In this document: positions 21,042 to 33,500 of the stretch, one piece after another
How the letters are laid out: every line of letters begins with the position of its first letter
Position numbering within the stretch: position 1 is the first letter of the stretch
Assembly (NCBI GenBank): GCA_030141605.1
Contig: JAQGDQ010000107.1
Location: 280,514-344,513 of the forward strand
From: Tubiluchus corallicola
Lineage: Eukaryota > Animalia > Priapulida
Length of the DNA stretch: 64,000 nucleotides
Reading direction: 5' to 3'
Notes under the pieces: generated by a model
What the model saw: only the letters and a program-made list of their open reading frames with translations
Database searches by the model: none
Told to the model about the DNA's origin: nothing
Made by a program: the position numbers and the translations under genes

Positions 21042-23098
21042 TCTTTGGGGGATACCAACCAGTAGATGAATTTCTCGTGGATTGCCACAAAGAATCTCTG
21101 GGTCACCTAGGATCATGCCCTTTAAGTCTCCTAACCAATCACCCTCAGAACATGCCGGAAAGGGTCTCACTAGTTTATCTTGGGTGGTGGCATTAAAGGT
21201 CACAATTTTTCCTGTATTTGTTCGAAGTTTAGCACGAACAATGTGGCATTTCTGTTGCGGTGTGCTAAGTCCACCCATAATAGCTAACGAAAGATTACGC
21301 TCGCCTATAATTTCGCAACCTGCTCGCTCTGCAACATCACACAAAATAAGAGAGGTAGTGGCACCAGGATTTATAAAAACACGAATAGGAATTGACGATT
21401 TGGTATCTTCCAAAACAGCAGTCGCAGTCATTAAGAACACAACATTCGTACAAAAAGACTGTAAATGAACTGATGGAACATCAACACTTGCATCAGAAGT
21501 ATTTGAACCTCTTTTAACATAAGGACTCACCTGGAAGCAGCCAGCAATTGAATTGCACAATAAATAATGATGCCATTTACTACATCGGTTGCATGGAGGT
21601 TTACGGCAAGTATCAGCTCTGTGGTTTAAACCAAGACACAAAAAACAACGGTGCTGCTCAGCAACCTTCTGTTTTCGCTCTTGCAAAGTCTTAGTAGGAA
21701 GAGACGCACAATCAAGCCACATATGTTGAGCTCTGCCACAAAATAAACAATGGGAATTCTTTGAAGCTGTAGGCGCATTTTTGGTGTTTCCACAAAAATC
21801 ACTAGACTGAAGAAGAGAAACTGAATCTAGGGTGCTCCTCACACCTAAATTCTTATACCCAGCACGACGACTAAATTCACCAGACTCTCTATGGCGAGTA
21901 TATGAAGCAGCCTTTCGTCTAATATCAACTTCGCTTTTCATGAACTGTCGAAATTTTTCAAAGCATGTTGTGTCATCTTCACGCTGTCATCTTCACGCCT
22001 TCTCATTCACTCCCATTCAACACGCCAAGCATATGGAATTTTTGCTAGAAAGAGAGGTTTTAGGGTTTTACCTAATTCTTCTGTACTAAGTCCCATTGCA
22101 CTGAGGCCTCTTATAACAACTTCAAGCTCATCTACAAAACTTCCTTGTGCTTCAATATTTTTCGAATCGGTGATGGGCTTTAACTGCCACAGTTTTTTTA
22201 ACAATGACATCTCGATTGCGTCTTTATCACCAAATCTCTCCTTTAACAAAGAAACAGCTTCCTTATAATTGCCATCTACAGGCTGCAGGCCATCTATCAC
22301 ATGAGCAGCTTCACCTTTAAGTAAGCTCTTTAAGTAAACAAGTTTATGAACGTCTGGTACAGGTTTAGCATCCACAGAGGCAACGAACATGTCCCAAAAT
22401 TCGTAAAACTTCAATGGGTCACCACTGAAAGTTGGCAGTTGCAATTTAGGTAGTTTTATGTTGGTGACTTCTGCACCGACTACATTATTAGTTGGTAAAT
22501 TCGCTGCACTTTCACTACGTGCTAAATCACAGTTATTCACTCGTCGCAAGACAAAATCATTATCACTTGCATGTCGCTGGAAATCACTAGGACTACATGG
22601 TCTTGAATCTGGTTTTAGCAAACTTAGTGCCTGAGCAGAAATTAATTCCGCTGTGTTGATTAATTCACTTGCCTCTATAATCGCTTGTTCAAGTTCTTCA
22701 CCTTCTAAATAATCTTCTAACTACACTTCTGTTTCATTAAAGGTGGCAATATATTTTCCAAGGTTCTCTAATTTTTGCTGAACAAACACAAAGTTAGGCG
22801 TTTCACTAGACATCGCCTCTTTTAGTAATTTTATGCCAGTCTTCACCCAACCCTTGGATCTACTTCTAGAGTGTTTAATTTTATCACACTCAGCCATACT
22901 CATCTAAAGGTCTCTTTTCCCGGCAGTTCCGTACCAAAATATAAATACAATCACGGATAAGTTCCAATTATTTAATACAAAAAGATTTATTTAAAACTGT
23001 AAATTGTTTATCACGCATAAAATCGAATTTTGCCACTGGAACAAAAATGGCGCACACATGTGGAACAAAAAAACACAATATGCAAAATCTTCGTGACA
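21042..23098 (-). mobile_element. BEL/Pao LTR retrotransposon fragment (LTR remnant + disrupted gag + protease; pol absent)
   Basis: DUF1759-like KLPKLQLPTFSGDPLKFYEFWDMF; three Cys/His knuckles (CLFCGRAQHMWLDC, CFLCLGLNHRADTC, CNRCSKWHHYLLC); degenerate aspartic protease FINPGATTSLI; a stop and a frameshift; TGTCACG terminus at 23098 and a PBS-like TGGTAC near 22936. Confidence 0.9.
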
Positions 23099-23461
23099 TA
23101 GTTTTACAAAAATATCTGTCAGAACAAAAATCCATTTTTGAGTGTTGAAGAAGATTTTACAGCTTTTGTCAGAACCCTTCCCGTCCATTTAAAAAAATGT
23201 AAGCCAAGGGCAGTCACCCATTCAAACACAAAACCAAACCAGGTTCCAGGTTGCTTAACTTCTGTATTTCGTTGAAAAGAGATAATATAGAAATAATAGA
23301 TAGATTAAGGTGAACGTAGGAACAAAGTATCTGTTTTGATTTTTTATGAAAATCAAAAATAATTTTTGAAGGGCAGTGGCTGATTTTCTAGTTTTATTTT
23401 CATTTTTCTTCACATTGTGTAATATTCGAGAAACGTAGCAAATAGATAGTTTTTGACATTA

Positions 23462-23709
23462 TCCGACATACGAACACGATGATACTTACTCAAATCATAA
23501 TTTCATTTTTCCTAGACCTTACTAAACTAGTTTATATTTTATTTTTTGAATTTCTAGTTGCACTTATAGTTTAGCTTGCACCAGACGCATTTGCCTAGAA
23601 CAGTGTATGTTTTTTATATGGACTAACACTGATTGTCTGTCTTTTAATATGATGGTCAATGTTTTATAATGGCGAATAAAGATTTTACTACTACTACTAC
23701 TACTACTAC
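23462..23709 (+). mobile_element. 5'-truncated non-LTR retroelement 3' end inserted in the 5S spacer
   Basis: AATAAA plus a (TAC)n tail; flanked by a ~18-bp TSD TAGATAGTTTT(T/A)GACATT. Confidence 0.8.
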
Positions 23710-23875
23710 TAGATAGTTTTAGACATTAAAATGCAAAGCAAATAAAAATCAACATAATGTCGAGACAGACACTTATTCCCACCACTTCGACTTCCAAAAA
23801 TCAAAAACAATACTGTTAAAATGAAACGGTCGTGTTGTGCACACACTTCGATAGATAATAGTCACTAGCTAAAAA

Positions 23876-23993
23876 GTCTACAGCACGTGGTATTCCTAGG
23901 CGGTCACCCATCCAAGTACTAACCACGCTTTACATTGCTTAACTTCGGTGATCAGACGAGAACCGGTGTTTTCAATGTGATATGGCAGTAGAC
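23876..23993 (-). rRNA. 5S rRNA gene
   Basis: 118-nt copy with a few substitutions and a T5 terminator. Confidence 0.88.
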
Positions 23994-24698
23994 ATTAACA
24001 GTTTCTTAAGATGAGTTAACATAGAAATGATGTACATGAACAAGTAAACCTTTTTAGCATTTTAATGCAAAGTATAAACAGAAATATCACATGAAATTAT
24101 AAAATGTCAGGGAGGTTGAATACCGTGCTTAAGTATATTACCTTCTAGATATGACATAATTAAACATGGGAATGATCAAGCATGAACAAGCAAAAAGATT
24201 CTTCATTTAAAAATATTTGTCAGAACAAAAATCCATTTTTGAGTGGTGAAAAAGATCTTACAGCATTTGTCATCACCCTTCCTGATCATTTAGAAAAATG
24301 TAAGTACCGGGCAGTCACCCATTCAAACGCAAAACCAGGTTTGAGGTTGCTTAACTTCTGCATTTTGTTATAGACAGATAATATAGAAATAATAGATAGA
24401 TGAAGGTGAACGTAGTAACAAAGTATCTGTTTTGATTTTTTATGAAAATCAAAAATCATTTTTGAAGGACAGTGGCTGATTTTCTAGTTTTATTTTCATT
24501 TTTCCTTACTTTGTATAATATTGGAGAAATGCAACAAGTAGATAGTCTTTCACATTAAAATGCAAAAAAAATCAACATAATGTCGAGACAGACATTTATT
24601 TTCACCACTTCAACTTCCAAAAATCAAAAACAATACTGTCAAAATGAAACGGTCGTGTTGTGCACACACTTTGATAGTTAATAGTCACTAGCTAAAAA

Positions 24699-24816
24699 GT
24701 CTACAGCACGTGGTATTCCTAGGCGGTCCCCCATCCAAGTACTAACCACGCTCTACATTGCTTAACTTCGGTGATCAGACGAGAACCGGTGTATTCAATG
24801 TGATATGGCCGTAGAC
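24699..24816 (-). rRNA. 5S rRNA gene
   Basis: 118-nt copy with a T5 terminator; unit spacing of 823 bp from the previous copy. Confidence 0.92.
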
Positions 24817-25775
24817 ATTAGCAGTTTCTTAAGACGAGTTAACATAGATATGATGTACATGAACAAGCAAACATTTTTGGCATTGAAATTAAAAATACAA
24901 AAAAATCAGGATAGTGCACAGATACTCGCTCTCACCACTTCAACTTCCAATCAAGAGAAAACGATTTAAAGTGTCAGAAAGGTATCGAACAGTTTTTTAA
25001 AGTCAGTAATGATTTAACTTAATGGATAAAAGATATTTTTTGAAAATTTGAATTTTTCGTTTAATTCACATTAGAATCTCCAAATTCTGTATTCGTATTT
25101 AAAACTTGGTATTGTTCATAATATGCGCATCTATTTTTACGGCAAACGGTTTACTGCGAAGCTTGCTCACCAATTTACAGGTTTACAAATAATTATTGGG
25201 TTTAGTCCTACTCTGCTTAGTTGCATACATCTCAAGGGCACGCACTGACTAATTTGTAACTAGTACTATAATTCCACACATTAGTTTACCTAGAGTAAAC
25301 TCATCTCCTAAGTAATTGTTGCTCTTTCTCATAGTTACTTTTTCTCATAAATTTTTCTATATTACACTTTTTATGCTTATTTTTTTCTTTCCGTACTCTC
25401 AGTTTTTAACTTTACTCACTAACCTTGGCCAAATTCCCCTGTTAATAAGACCCCATTTGAAACTACTACATATAATAATCCTAATTACTGAATAATTGTA
25501 TTGTTTTGTTTAGATCTAACTTTATTATTTTTTGTTTTCAGTTCTTTTTGAATAATTTGTATCATTTATACTGTTTTTATTATTATTTTTTTCTTATTTG
25601 TTTTTGTTTTTGTTATCTGCAGCATCACCGTTAATTTTTAATGTCTTAATCTATTTATAAGAAATGGCAGGAGACTAGAAGACCCTACGGTCCTTCCCTG
25701 CCCTGCTCCATGATTATAATTACTTAATATTTAAAAAACGTTTGATGTTAAACTAATTGGAGAAAATAAATGTTC

Positions 25776-25897
25776 TATGTCTATGTCTATGTCTATGTCT
25801 ATGTCTATGTCTATGTCTATGTCTATGTCTATGTCTATGTCTATGTCTATGTCTATGTCTATGTCTATGTCTATGTCTATGTCTATGTCTATGTCTA
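25776..25897. repeat. (TATGTC)n hexanucleotide repeat, probably the tail of a retroelement 3' end
   Basis: Follows AATAAA and a GC-rich stem-loop-like segment at ~25665-25710. Confidence 0.9.
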
Positions 25898-26946
25898 GAC
25901 ACATTAGACATTAGTTTTGTCAACGAGATGCTTATAAGGGACTGAAGAGTCGAACCCAATACCTTCTACACCGCAAAGAGACGTAACTTTTAAGAATGGG
26001 CATTGGGTTGTCCAGAAAGTCCTATTGAATGAAGCATGTTAAGTGAACAAATAATACTGCAAAATCTCATAGTGAATAACAGCAGCAAAGCATCAGCACA
26101 ACGTAACCACAGTCAAGTACTTATTTAAACAGTGAACATTGGAGGAATCGAACTCAATTCACAACTGCTATTAATTAGAGTAATATTAATTAGAATTCGT
26201 AAGTTTAAAACAAATGTCAAAAAGTTGCTATCATGTTCGTTGTTGCTAAGTTGCACAAGTTGCTAACACGTATAACCGAGCTTGTTAAAACACGTAGTCG
26301 TCATTAAATATTTTGCTTTTTCGATATCATTAGAGGTACAAATGTATATGGGTTGATGTAATATAGCGAAAAAAGACATAATAATTGAAAGGTTTGCAAA
26401 GTAACTGTGTATTCAAGTAAGACGGGTGGCCGGAAATGATGTAGTAGAAACACTGCATTTTTCTAATAAAAATTTATTGAAACTTGTTATACAATGATCT
26501 GTCTATGAAACGGATATTTTTCTGTAATAAACAATTTAAATCTTTATTAAGTTTACAGATACATATGATTATTTTTTAGAAAATACAACGAATTATCATT
26601 TCCTGAAACACAACGTACGTAATATGTCTAATTGAGGAGTCACTTATAAATTGTCATAAACCAATTCGTCATTATACTGAAGTTTCGATAATTTATACTA
26701 AAGTTTTGGTGTCCACGTTTGCCTAACACATAAAAATAGAAAAAAACGAACAACTAACCCGTGTTTCTTGCTGGAAACCTTTAAACATTAACACAGCGTT
26801 ATTGTCTATAAATGTAGGGCTTAATATCCTGTATATACGCTAACGATGGTAATTTTCCGCCCAGAAACTAGTGCATTTTCCTGAAATTGGCACCCAGTTT
26901 TTACGCCATGACCGCTATCATTTGGAGGACGTTTCTAATTGGCCTC

Positions 26947-26953
26947 TATAAAT
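26947..26953 (+). promoter_or_regulatory. TATA box of the Tyr/His-rich gene
   Basis: TATAAAT about 90 bp upstream of the first splice donor at 27037. Confidence 0.6.
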
Positions 26954-27034
26954 GCTTTCCACATTTTCCCGACTGCCACAGTTGTCAAATTGTTCCACAA
27001 TCGCAGGCCTACGGTCAGAGAGCAAAACTTCAAA

Positions 27035-29366
27035 ATGTAAGTGCGAGTAACTGTTTTTTTATTTCAAAACTTGATGTAAACGTTTGAATGATTTTGATAA
27101 ATCTGTAAAAAGTCATTTAGTTGCTAGCTTTATAAATTAACGATGCACAGAGTCCTATTCATTTTCTGAAAATGTTTTTTATTAGCAAGTTTAAAATTTT
27201 TGATCAGCAGTCTAGTCTAATTTGCTCAATTCAGCAGTCAGCATAAATAATCAATTTAAAAAAAAATGTGCAAACGTTTGATTTGAAGTTTAAAACTACA
27301 AAAATAGTATCGAAATAACAGCTTGTAATTGAAATATTCTATAAAAGGATTACAATAATGTTATCTAATAATATTATCTTCTTGTTAATAATGAAATGTA
27401 AATTTATTTGTAAAATTTGCAAATTATAGTGCGAACTTAGTACTGAAGCGCACAACAAGCTTTTGACGTATTTTTACATCCACGTTTGTGCAATTTTCTT
27501 TAAAAAAGTGGATACTTATGCTCATTACTGATTTCAAAGCTTATTCAATTAATTGATTTTTTAAATAAACATGTTAAAAAGATGCGAAAATTCAGAATTA
27601 GGACCACGTTCTTAAACTGTAAATCTAAATTTTGCAAAAGTTTTTGTTTCAAATTTTAAGTTGAATTTAGACCCATGCTTGTAAGAGTTGGGAACTTTAT
27701 CATCTGGCAAATACCAGTTCCGGGTAGTTATAATGTTGATGTTGCTTGTTGCTGATGCTACCGTCGTTGTTACTGTTAATCATGCTACTGTTGTTGTAAT
27801 TATTGTTGTAGTTTTAGTAGCAGTAGCAGTAATAGTAATGTAGTTGTAGAAGTAATTGTTGTTGTTGTTGTCGTTGTTGCTATTGCTGTTGCTGCTGCTG
27901 CTGTTTTGATGATGATAATGACGAATGATGAATGCAACTACGATGAAGACGACGGCGATGATCATGATGATGATACACTTCTTACCTGTGCACTTAACAC
28001 AAGGCTAATGCAAATTTTCGTTGCAGGGATACGATTCTTGTTGCCGTTCTAGCCGTTGCTGTACTTAGCATGGTAAGCGCCAGTGGGCCATCGTACCGGA
28101 ACGATGTGGCGTTTGCTCCCGGAGGTGCTGTTCCACACGGCTATAAGGGCAACACAGCAGCCTATCACAAAGTAGCACCAGCTCCAAAAACTTATTTTCA
28201 CACCACAACGTACGGACCGGTGAGCAAAGGCAAGTTGGAAGGAGATGGGCAGAAAAGTAGCGAAACCTCATTTTCTCGCTCTGGTCGGGCTCACGGAACT
28301 TTGACTAGTCAAGATAAATCCTACGCGAAGGAGACCTCAGCAAAATCTAGAGGTTACGACTACGATTACAAGTAAGCATACAGACAAAACTAAACAAAAC
28401 TAAACTAAAGTTATAATTCAAAACGGCTGAAACTTATTATATTGTTTTGCAATTTAACAAGCGCCAAAAAGTAACAAATTGTTTTGATAGTAATTATCTG
28501 GCAAATTATATGAACAACATTGTCTGAAATCAAGTGTTACTGAAATCATACTTAGTTTGTTTGCTTTTAAAACAGCTGTTCACTTGTTTAAATTCACTTG
28601 ATCGTGATTATTAAATTTCTTGTTTAACGATGGATAACGCAATCATGCCTAAAACCAGTTTGTAAGGTTCGCAGTGGGCACAGAACACTGATTAATTAAC
28701 TTATTCGTTAATAGATGTCACTACAGTGCACTTCGTAAAATTATTAAATTTATTAAAACAGAAGCTATGTTAATATATTTTTAACCAATTACCAAAATAT
28801 CAGTAAAGTAAGTTATGACTTTATTAGAAGTTAAATCGTAGACATACGAAAATTTTTCAGTAGAAACCGCTTTTTATTTCTCTTTTACTATAAAAATATT
28901 TTAACGAAATATTTTACTATAAAGAATAACAAGTTTATTTAAACACCCAACTGCAGCGATTGCATGTGTATTTTAGTCACGTGGTCTCGCTTGAATTTTA
29001 ACTCTTTTTTTGAAATGCATCTATTGCTACACCGAGTATATACATCGGGGTTAATATAGTTTAATTAACAAGTCGATGAACATAATTAAATGCTTTGCTT
29101 CTTGTCCTAGGGAAGGCCATGAATATTATCAACCAGAAACGTTATACAAGTACGACATAGTTCGACCAATATTAAGCCATTCTTACGACGGCTACGGCTA
29201 CGATTATCCATCAACGAAAACTTATCACAATGGCGGATATGCTAACGACGATTACAGCTACGGCCATCCCAGTAAATACCGACAGCATGGATATTCAACG
29301 AGTCCGATTCGCCATGATAACACTTTACATCGTCCAGTAGGTGGCCAACGATGTTATTGTTATTAA
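27035..29366 (+). CDS. Secreted Tyr/His/Ser-rich orphan protein (~200 aa)
   Basis: Exons 27035-27036 (AT), 28027-28371 and 29111-29366 join in phase: MDTILVAVLAVAVLSMVSA-SGPSYRND...YDYDYK|EGHEYYQPET...QRCYCY*; hydrophobic signal peptide. Confidence 0.85.
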
Positions 29367-30567
29367 GTTAAATTCAGGGCATGCATGAAGCATTACTTAC
29401 TTCCGGTTATCAAAAAATTGCAATGTTAAATTTTACTGTTGGATTAAGTCCTTAGAATTAGTTTTGTATATAGATTTATTACAAATATATAAAAACGGCC
29501 TTAAAATGTCACAATTGCGATAACAACATGTAGTTTTTGTACAAATAATAAAAATTATCATAATACTCAACGATTTTGCATTATAGCTTTATTAATAAAA
29601 CTGAATTACAAAAATTACGCTATTGGGCATAATTTTTATTCATTTTTACAGTGTACTCCAATCTTAATGTCATTTTGCTCGCTTTAGAATGTGCATAATT
29701 CAAAATCAATTTTATGCAAAAATAATAACAATACTATTAACAAGGATAACAACAACGGTATGCAAAAGATGCATTCTGTCTTAACAATAAACGACAAAAC
29801 ATCAACAACAAAGTGAACGTTGCTATAACAACATAACATTAATTTCATGCACAAAAATTCTTTTTATTTAAATTTTGAACTTACGCGTAATTTAAATTGT
29901 ATTAGGAATTATAAACTGAAATCATTATAATCAATAAGTTAACGATGCCCAAATTTTGGCACGAATATACAGATAATAATGTTGAGAAAATCACTTGTTT
30001 TTAAAATCAGTTTGAGGAATAAAGTAATCGAAACAGAACCAGCTAATGAAGGAAAAAAACCAGATTATAGCTCTGTAGCTTTGGCCTAAATCAACTACTA
30101 GCAACATAAATACTATCACTAAAACATACTGTAAATAAAGCTATAGAACTACACTAAAGCTTCTACTAGTAACTTTGGAAAAAATATACTTTTGCCGGCA
30201 GTAGCAGGTCTAGTTGTTTTGGGCATAAGCAGCAAGAGTACCGAGCACCAAAGTCTTAAACGAAAGGCTAAGGAAGTTCTGCTCAGCTACAAAACAAGTG
30301 TTTCCTTTTAAAAAAAATATTACCTCAAGTAATAAAACCTGATCGATGATGTTCAAAAAGGCAGAAATGAAATTATCAGTTTTCCGCTGTTGCAATTCGG
30401 TTGCTGCTTTAGTCAATTACATTTATTTCCAATGATCTAGGTAATAAAAAGATACTGCTAAGCATTACTAGGACACTATTCCTCCCACTTTTGAAAAGGG
30501 ATTAAACATGGTCACAGGTAAACAGCAAGGACTGGCACACAAAAACAAATTAGTCTACTGCTACATA

Positions 30568-33500
30568 TCACGACTCTTCTCCACATTTACATATTACGGA
30601 TGTATCAACATTTTCCTTATCATCACACATGTATTTGAATGGATGAAAGACTGTTCCCTCCGGGCAGTTCATTGGAACACGCATTTCATTGGGTGTGTTC
30701 TGCCACAGACATAGATAGTACTTGCGACAGTTTATTGGATTTGCCATTACCATGTGCGAATGTCCGGAGCAAGAGGGACCTGGTCCTTTCACCTCACATT
30801 GCGTACTTTCTGTAGCCATTCCCACAGCGCCGTTTCTTCCAGAAGCAGATGAACCGGAATCCGAAAGTTTTGTTTCCTCCAATTCTGGATTATATGGCCT
30901 CTGCTCTTCCTGGGCAACTACTGGGCCAAGGCTTTCGCCCCCATGAGTATTACTGGGATATGTCTCGTGTCCAACAGTACCAGGTAATTCATAATCGTTG
31001 TAAGTATTACGTGGATATTGTTCATAGGATTGATTTGTAGGATACCCTTCATAAGAATAAGCTGTATGGTGTGGAAATGGAATACCAACTGTGGAAACAT
31101 GTGATGGATACGTATCATAGTGGCCTGGATAGCTTTCATATGCATCGTGTCCATGTTCAGGGTATGTTTCATGAGGATGCACTTCATAGTGTCCATGTTC
31201 AGGGTACGTTTCATGAGGATGCACTTCATAGTGTCCATGTTCAGGGTACGTTTCATGAGGATGCACTTCATAGTGTCCATGTTCAGGGTACGTTTCATGA
31301 GGATGCACTTCATAGTGTCCATGTTCAGGGTACGTTTCATGAGGATGCACTTCATAGTGTCCATATTCAGGGTACGTTTCATGAGGATGCACTTCATAGT
31401 GTCCATATTCAGGATACGTTTCATGAGGATGCACTTCATAGTGTCCATGTTCAGGGTACGTTTCATGAGGATGCACTTCATAGTGTCCATGTTCAGGATA
31501 CGTTTCATGAGGATGCACTTCATAGTGTCCATGTTCAGGATACTCTTCATGAGGATGCACTTCATAGTGTCCATGTTCAGGATACGTTTCATGAGGATGC
31601 ACTTCATAGTGTCCATGTTCAGGATACTCTTCATGAGGATATAATTCATTAGGATGAACTTCATAGTGTCCATGTTCAGGGTACGTTTCATGAGGATGCA
31701 CTTCATAGTGTCCATGTTCAGGGTATGTTTCATGAGGATGCACTTCATAGTGTCCATGTTCAGGGTATGTTTCATGAGGAAGCACTTCATAATGTCCATG
31801 TTCAGGGTATGTTTCATGAGGATGCACTTCATAGTGTCCATGTTCAGGGTATGTTTCATGAGGAAGCACTTCATAATGTCCATGTTCAGGGTATGTTTCA
31901 TGAGGATGCACTTCATAATGTCCATGTTCAGGGTATGTTTCATGAGGATGCACTTCATAATGTCCATGTTCAGGGTATGTTTCACGAGGATGCACTTCAT
32001 AATGTCCATGTTCAGGGTATGTTTCACGAGGATGCACTTCATAGTGTCCATGTTCAGGGTATGTTTCATGAGGATGCACTTCATAGTGTCCATGTTCAGG
32101 GTATGTTTCATGAGGAAGCACTTCATAGTGTCCATGTTCAGGGTACGCTTCATGAGGATGCACTTCATAGTGTCCATGTTCAGGGTATGTTTCATGAGGA
32201 AGCACTTCATAATGTCCATGTTCAGGGTATGTTTCATGAGGATGCACTTCATAATGTCCATGTTCAGGGTATGTTTCATGAGGATGCACTTCATAATGTC
32301 CATGTTCAGGGTATGTTTCACGAGGATGCACTTCATAATGTCCATGTTCAGGGTATGTTTCACGAGGATGCACTTCATAGTGTCCATGTTCAGGGTATGT
32401 TTCATGAGGATGCACTTCATAGTGTCCATGTTCAGGGTATGTTTCATGAGGAAGCACTTCATAGTGTCCATGTTCAGGGTATGTTTCATGAGGAAGCACT
32501 TCATAATGTCCATGTTCAGGGTATGTTTCACGAGGATGCACTTCATAATGTCCATGTTCAGGGTATGTTTCATGAGGATGCACTTCATAGTGTCCATGTT
32601 CAGGGTATGTTTCACGAGGATGCACTTCATAATGTCCATGTTCAGGGTATGTTTCATGAGGATGCACTTCATAATGTCCATGTTCAGGGTATGTTTCACG
32701 AGGATGCACTTCATAATGTCCATGTTCAGGGTATGTTTCACGAGGATGCACTTCATAATGTCCATGTTCAGGGTATGTTTCACGAGGATGCCCTTCATAA
32801 TGTCCATGTTCAGGATATGTTTCACGAGGATGCCCTTCATAATGTCCATGTTCAGGGTATGTTTCACGAGGATGCCCTTCATAATGTCCATGTTCAGCAT
32901 ACAGTTCATCAGGGTGTGTTTCATAACCATAACTTTCATAAGGATGAACTTCATAGAGTTCAGACCCAGGGTAAGTATCGTAATAATTGCTTTTTTCATA
33001 AGGGTACGCATGCGGCTCGTTTACTGGATATATTTCAGAACTTTCACGAGGATGTACTTCGAAATCATCATACTGTCCATGTGCTGAATATGCACCGTAA
33101 TTCTCATGTGTTTGATGAGGGTGCACGTCATACTGCTCCGGCAGATATATTACATAATTGTGAGCGTCATAAGGATAGCTGTTGCTAGGGTAGACTTCAT
33201 ATGCATCTCTGTGTGGATATGTTTCGTAATTGTACGTTTCGTGGGGAATCATTTCGTGTTCTTGATATGGTATGTAACTTCCTTGTGTTTGATGAGGATA
33301 CGCATCGTGATAATTCCCGTGCCGTGAATATGATGACTCCACTCTGCGACTGCGACTGTGCCCATGGTAGGCATGGTGCTCATCATATCCATGAACAGGG
33401 TGTTGTCCTTCTTGCTGATGGGATACATGTTGTACGTAGTGTCGCCGATGTTGCACAGTATGACGCCTGTACGTCTCACCGTGATGTGATGTTGCATAAT

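Noticed and set aside
10901-24373. Recurrent ~64-aa ORFs starting MNKQ
   Set aside because: Part of the repeated 5S spacer; lengths and frames differ between copies, indicating no coding constraint.
9890-24900. Linked spliced-leader or U snRNA genes in the 5S spacer, as seen in some invertebrates
   Set aside because: No recognisable U1, U2, U5 or SL sequence by eye; an Rfam scan would be needed to exclude them fully.
25933-25990. B-box-like GGTTCGACTC on the minus strand (tRNA?)
   Set aside because: No acceptor stem or cloverleaf can be built; at most a SINE remnant.
30918-33188. Overlapping 477-697-aa ORFs in other frames and on the opposite strand
   Set aside because: Shadows of the 42-bp coding repeat; only the frame continuous with GH18 and CBM14 is supported.
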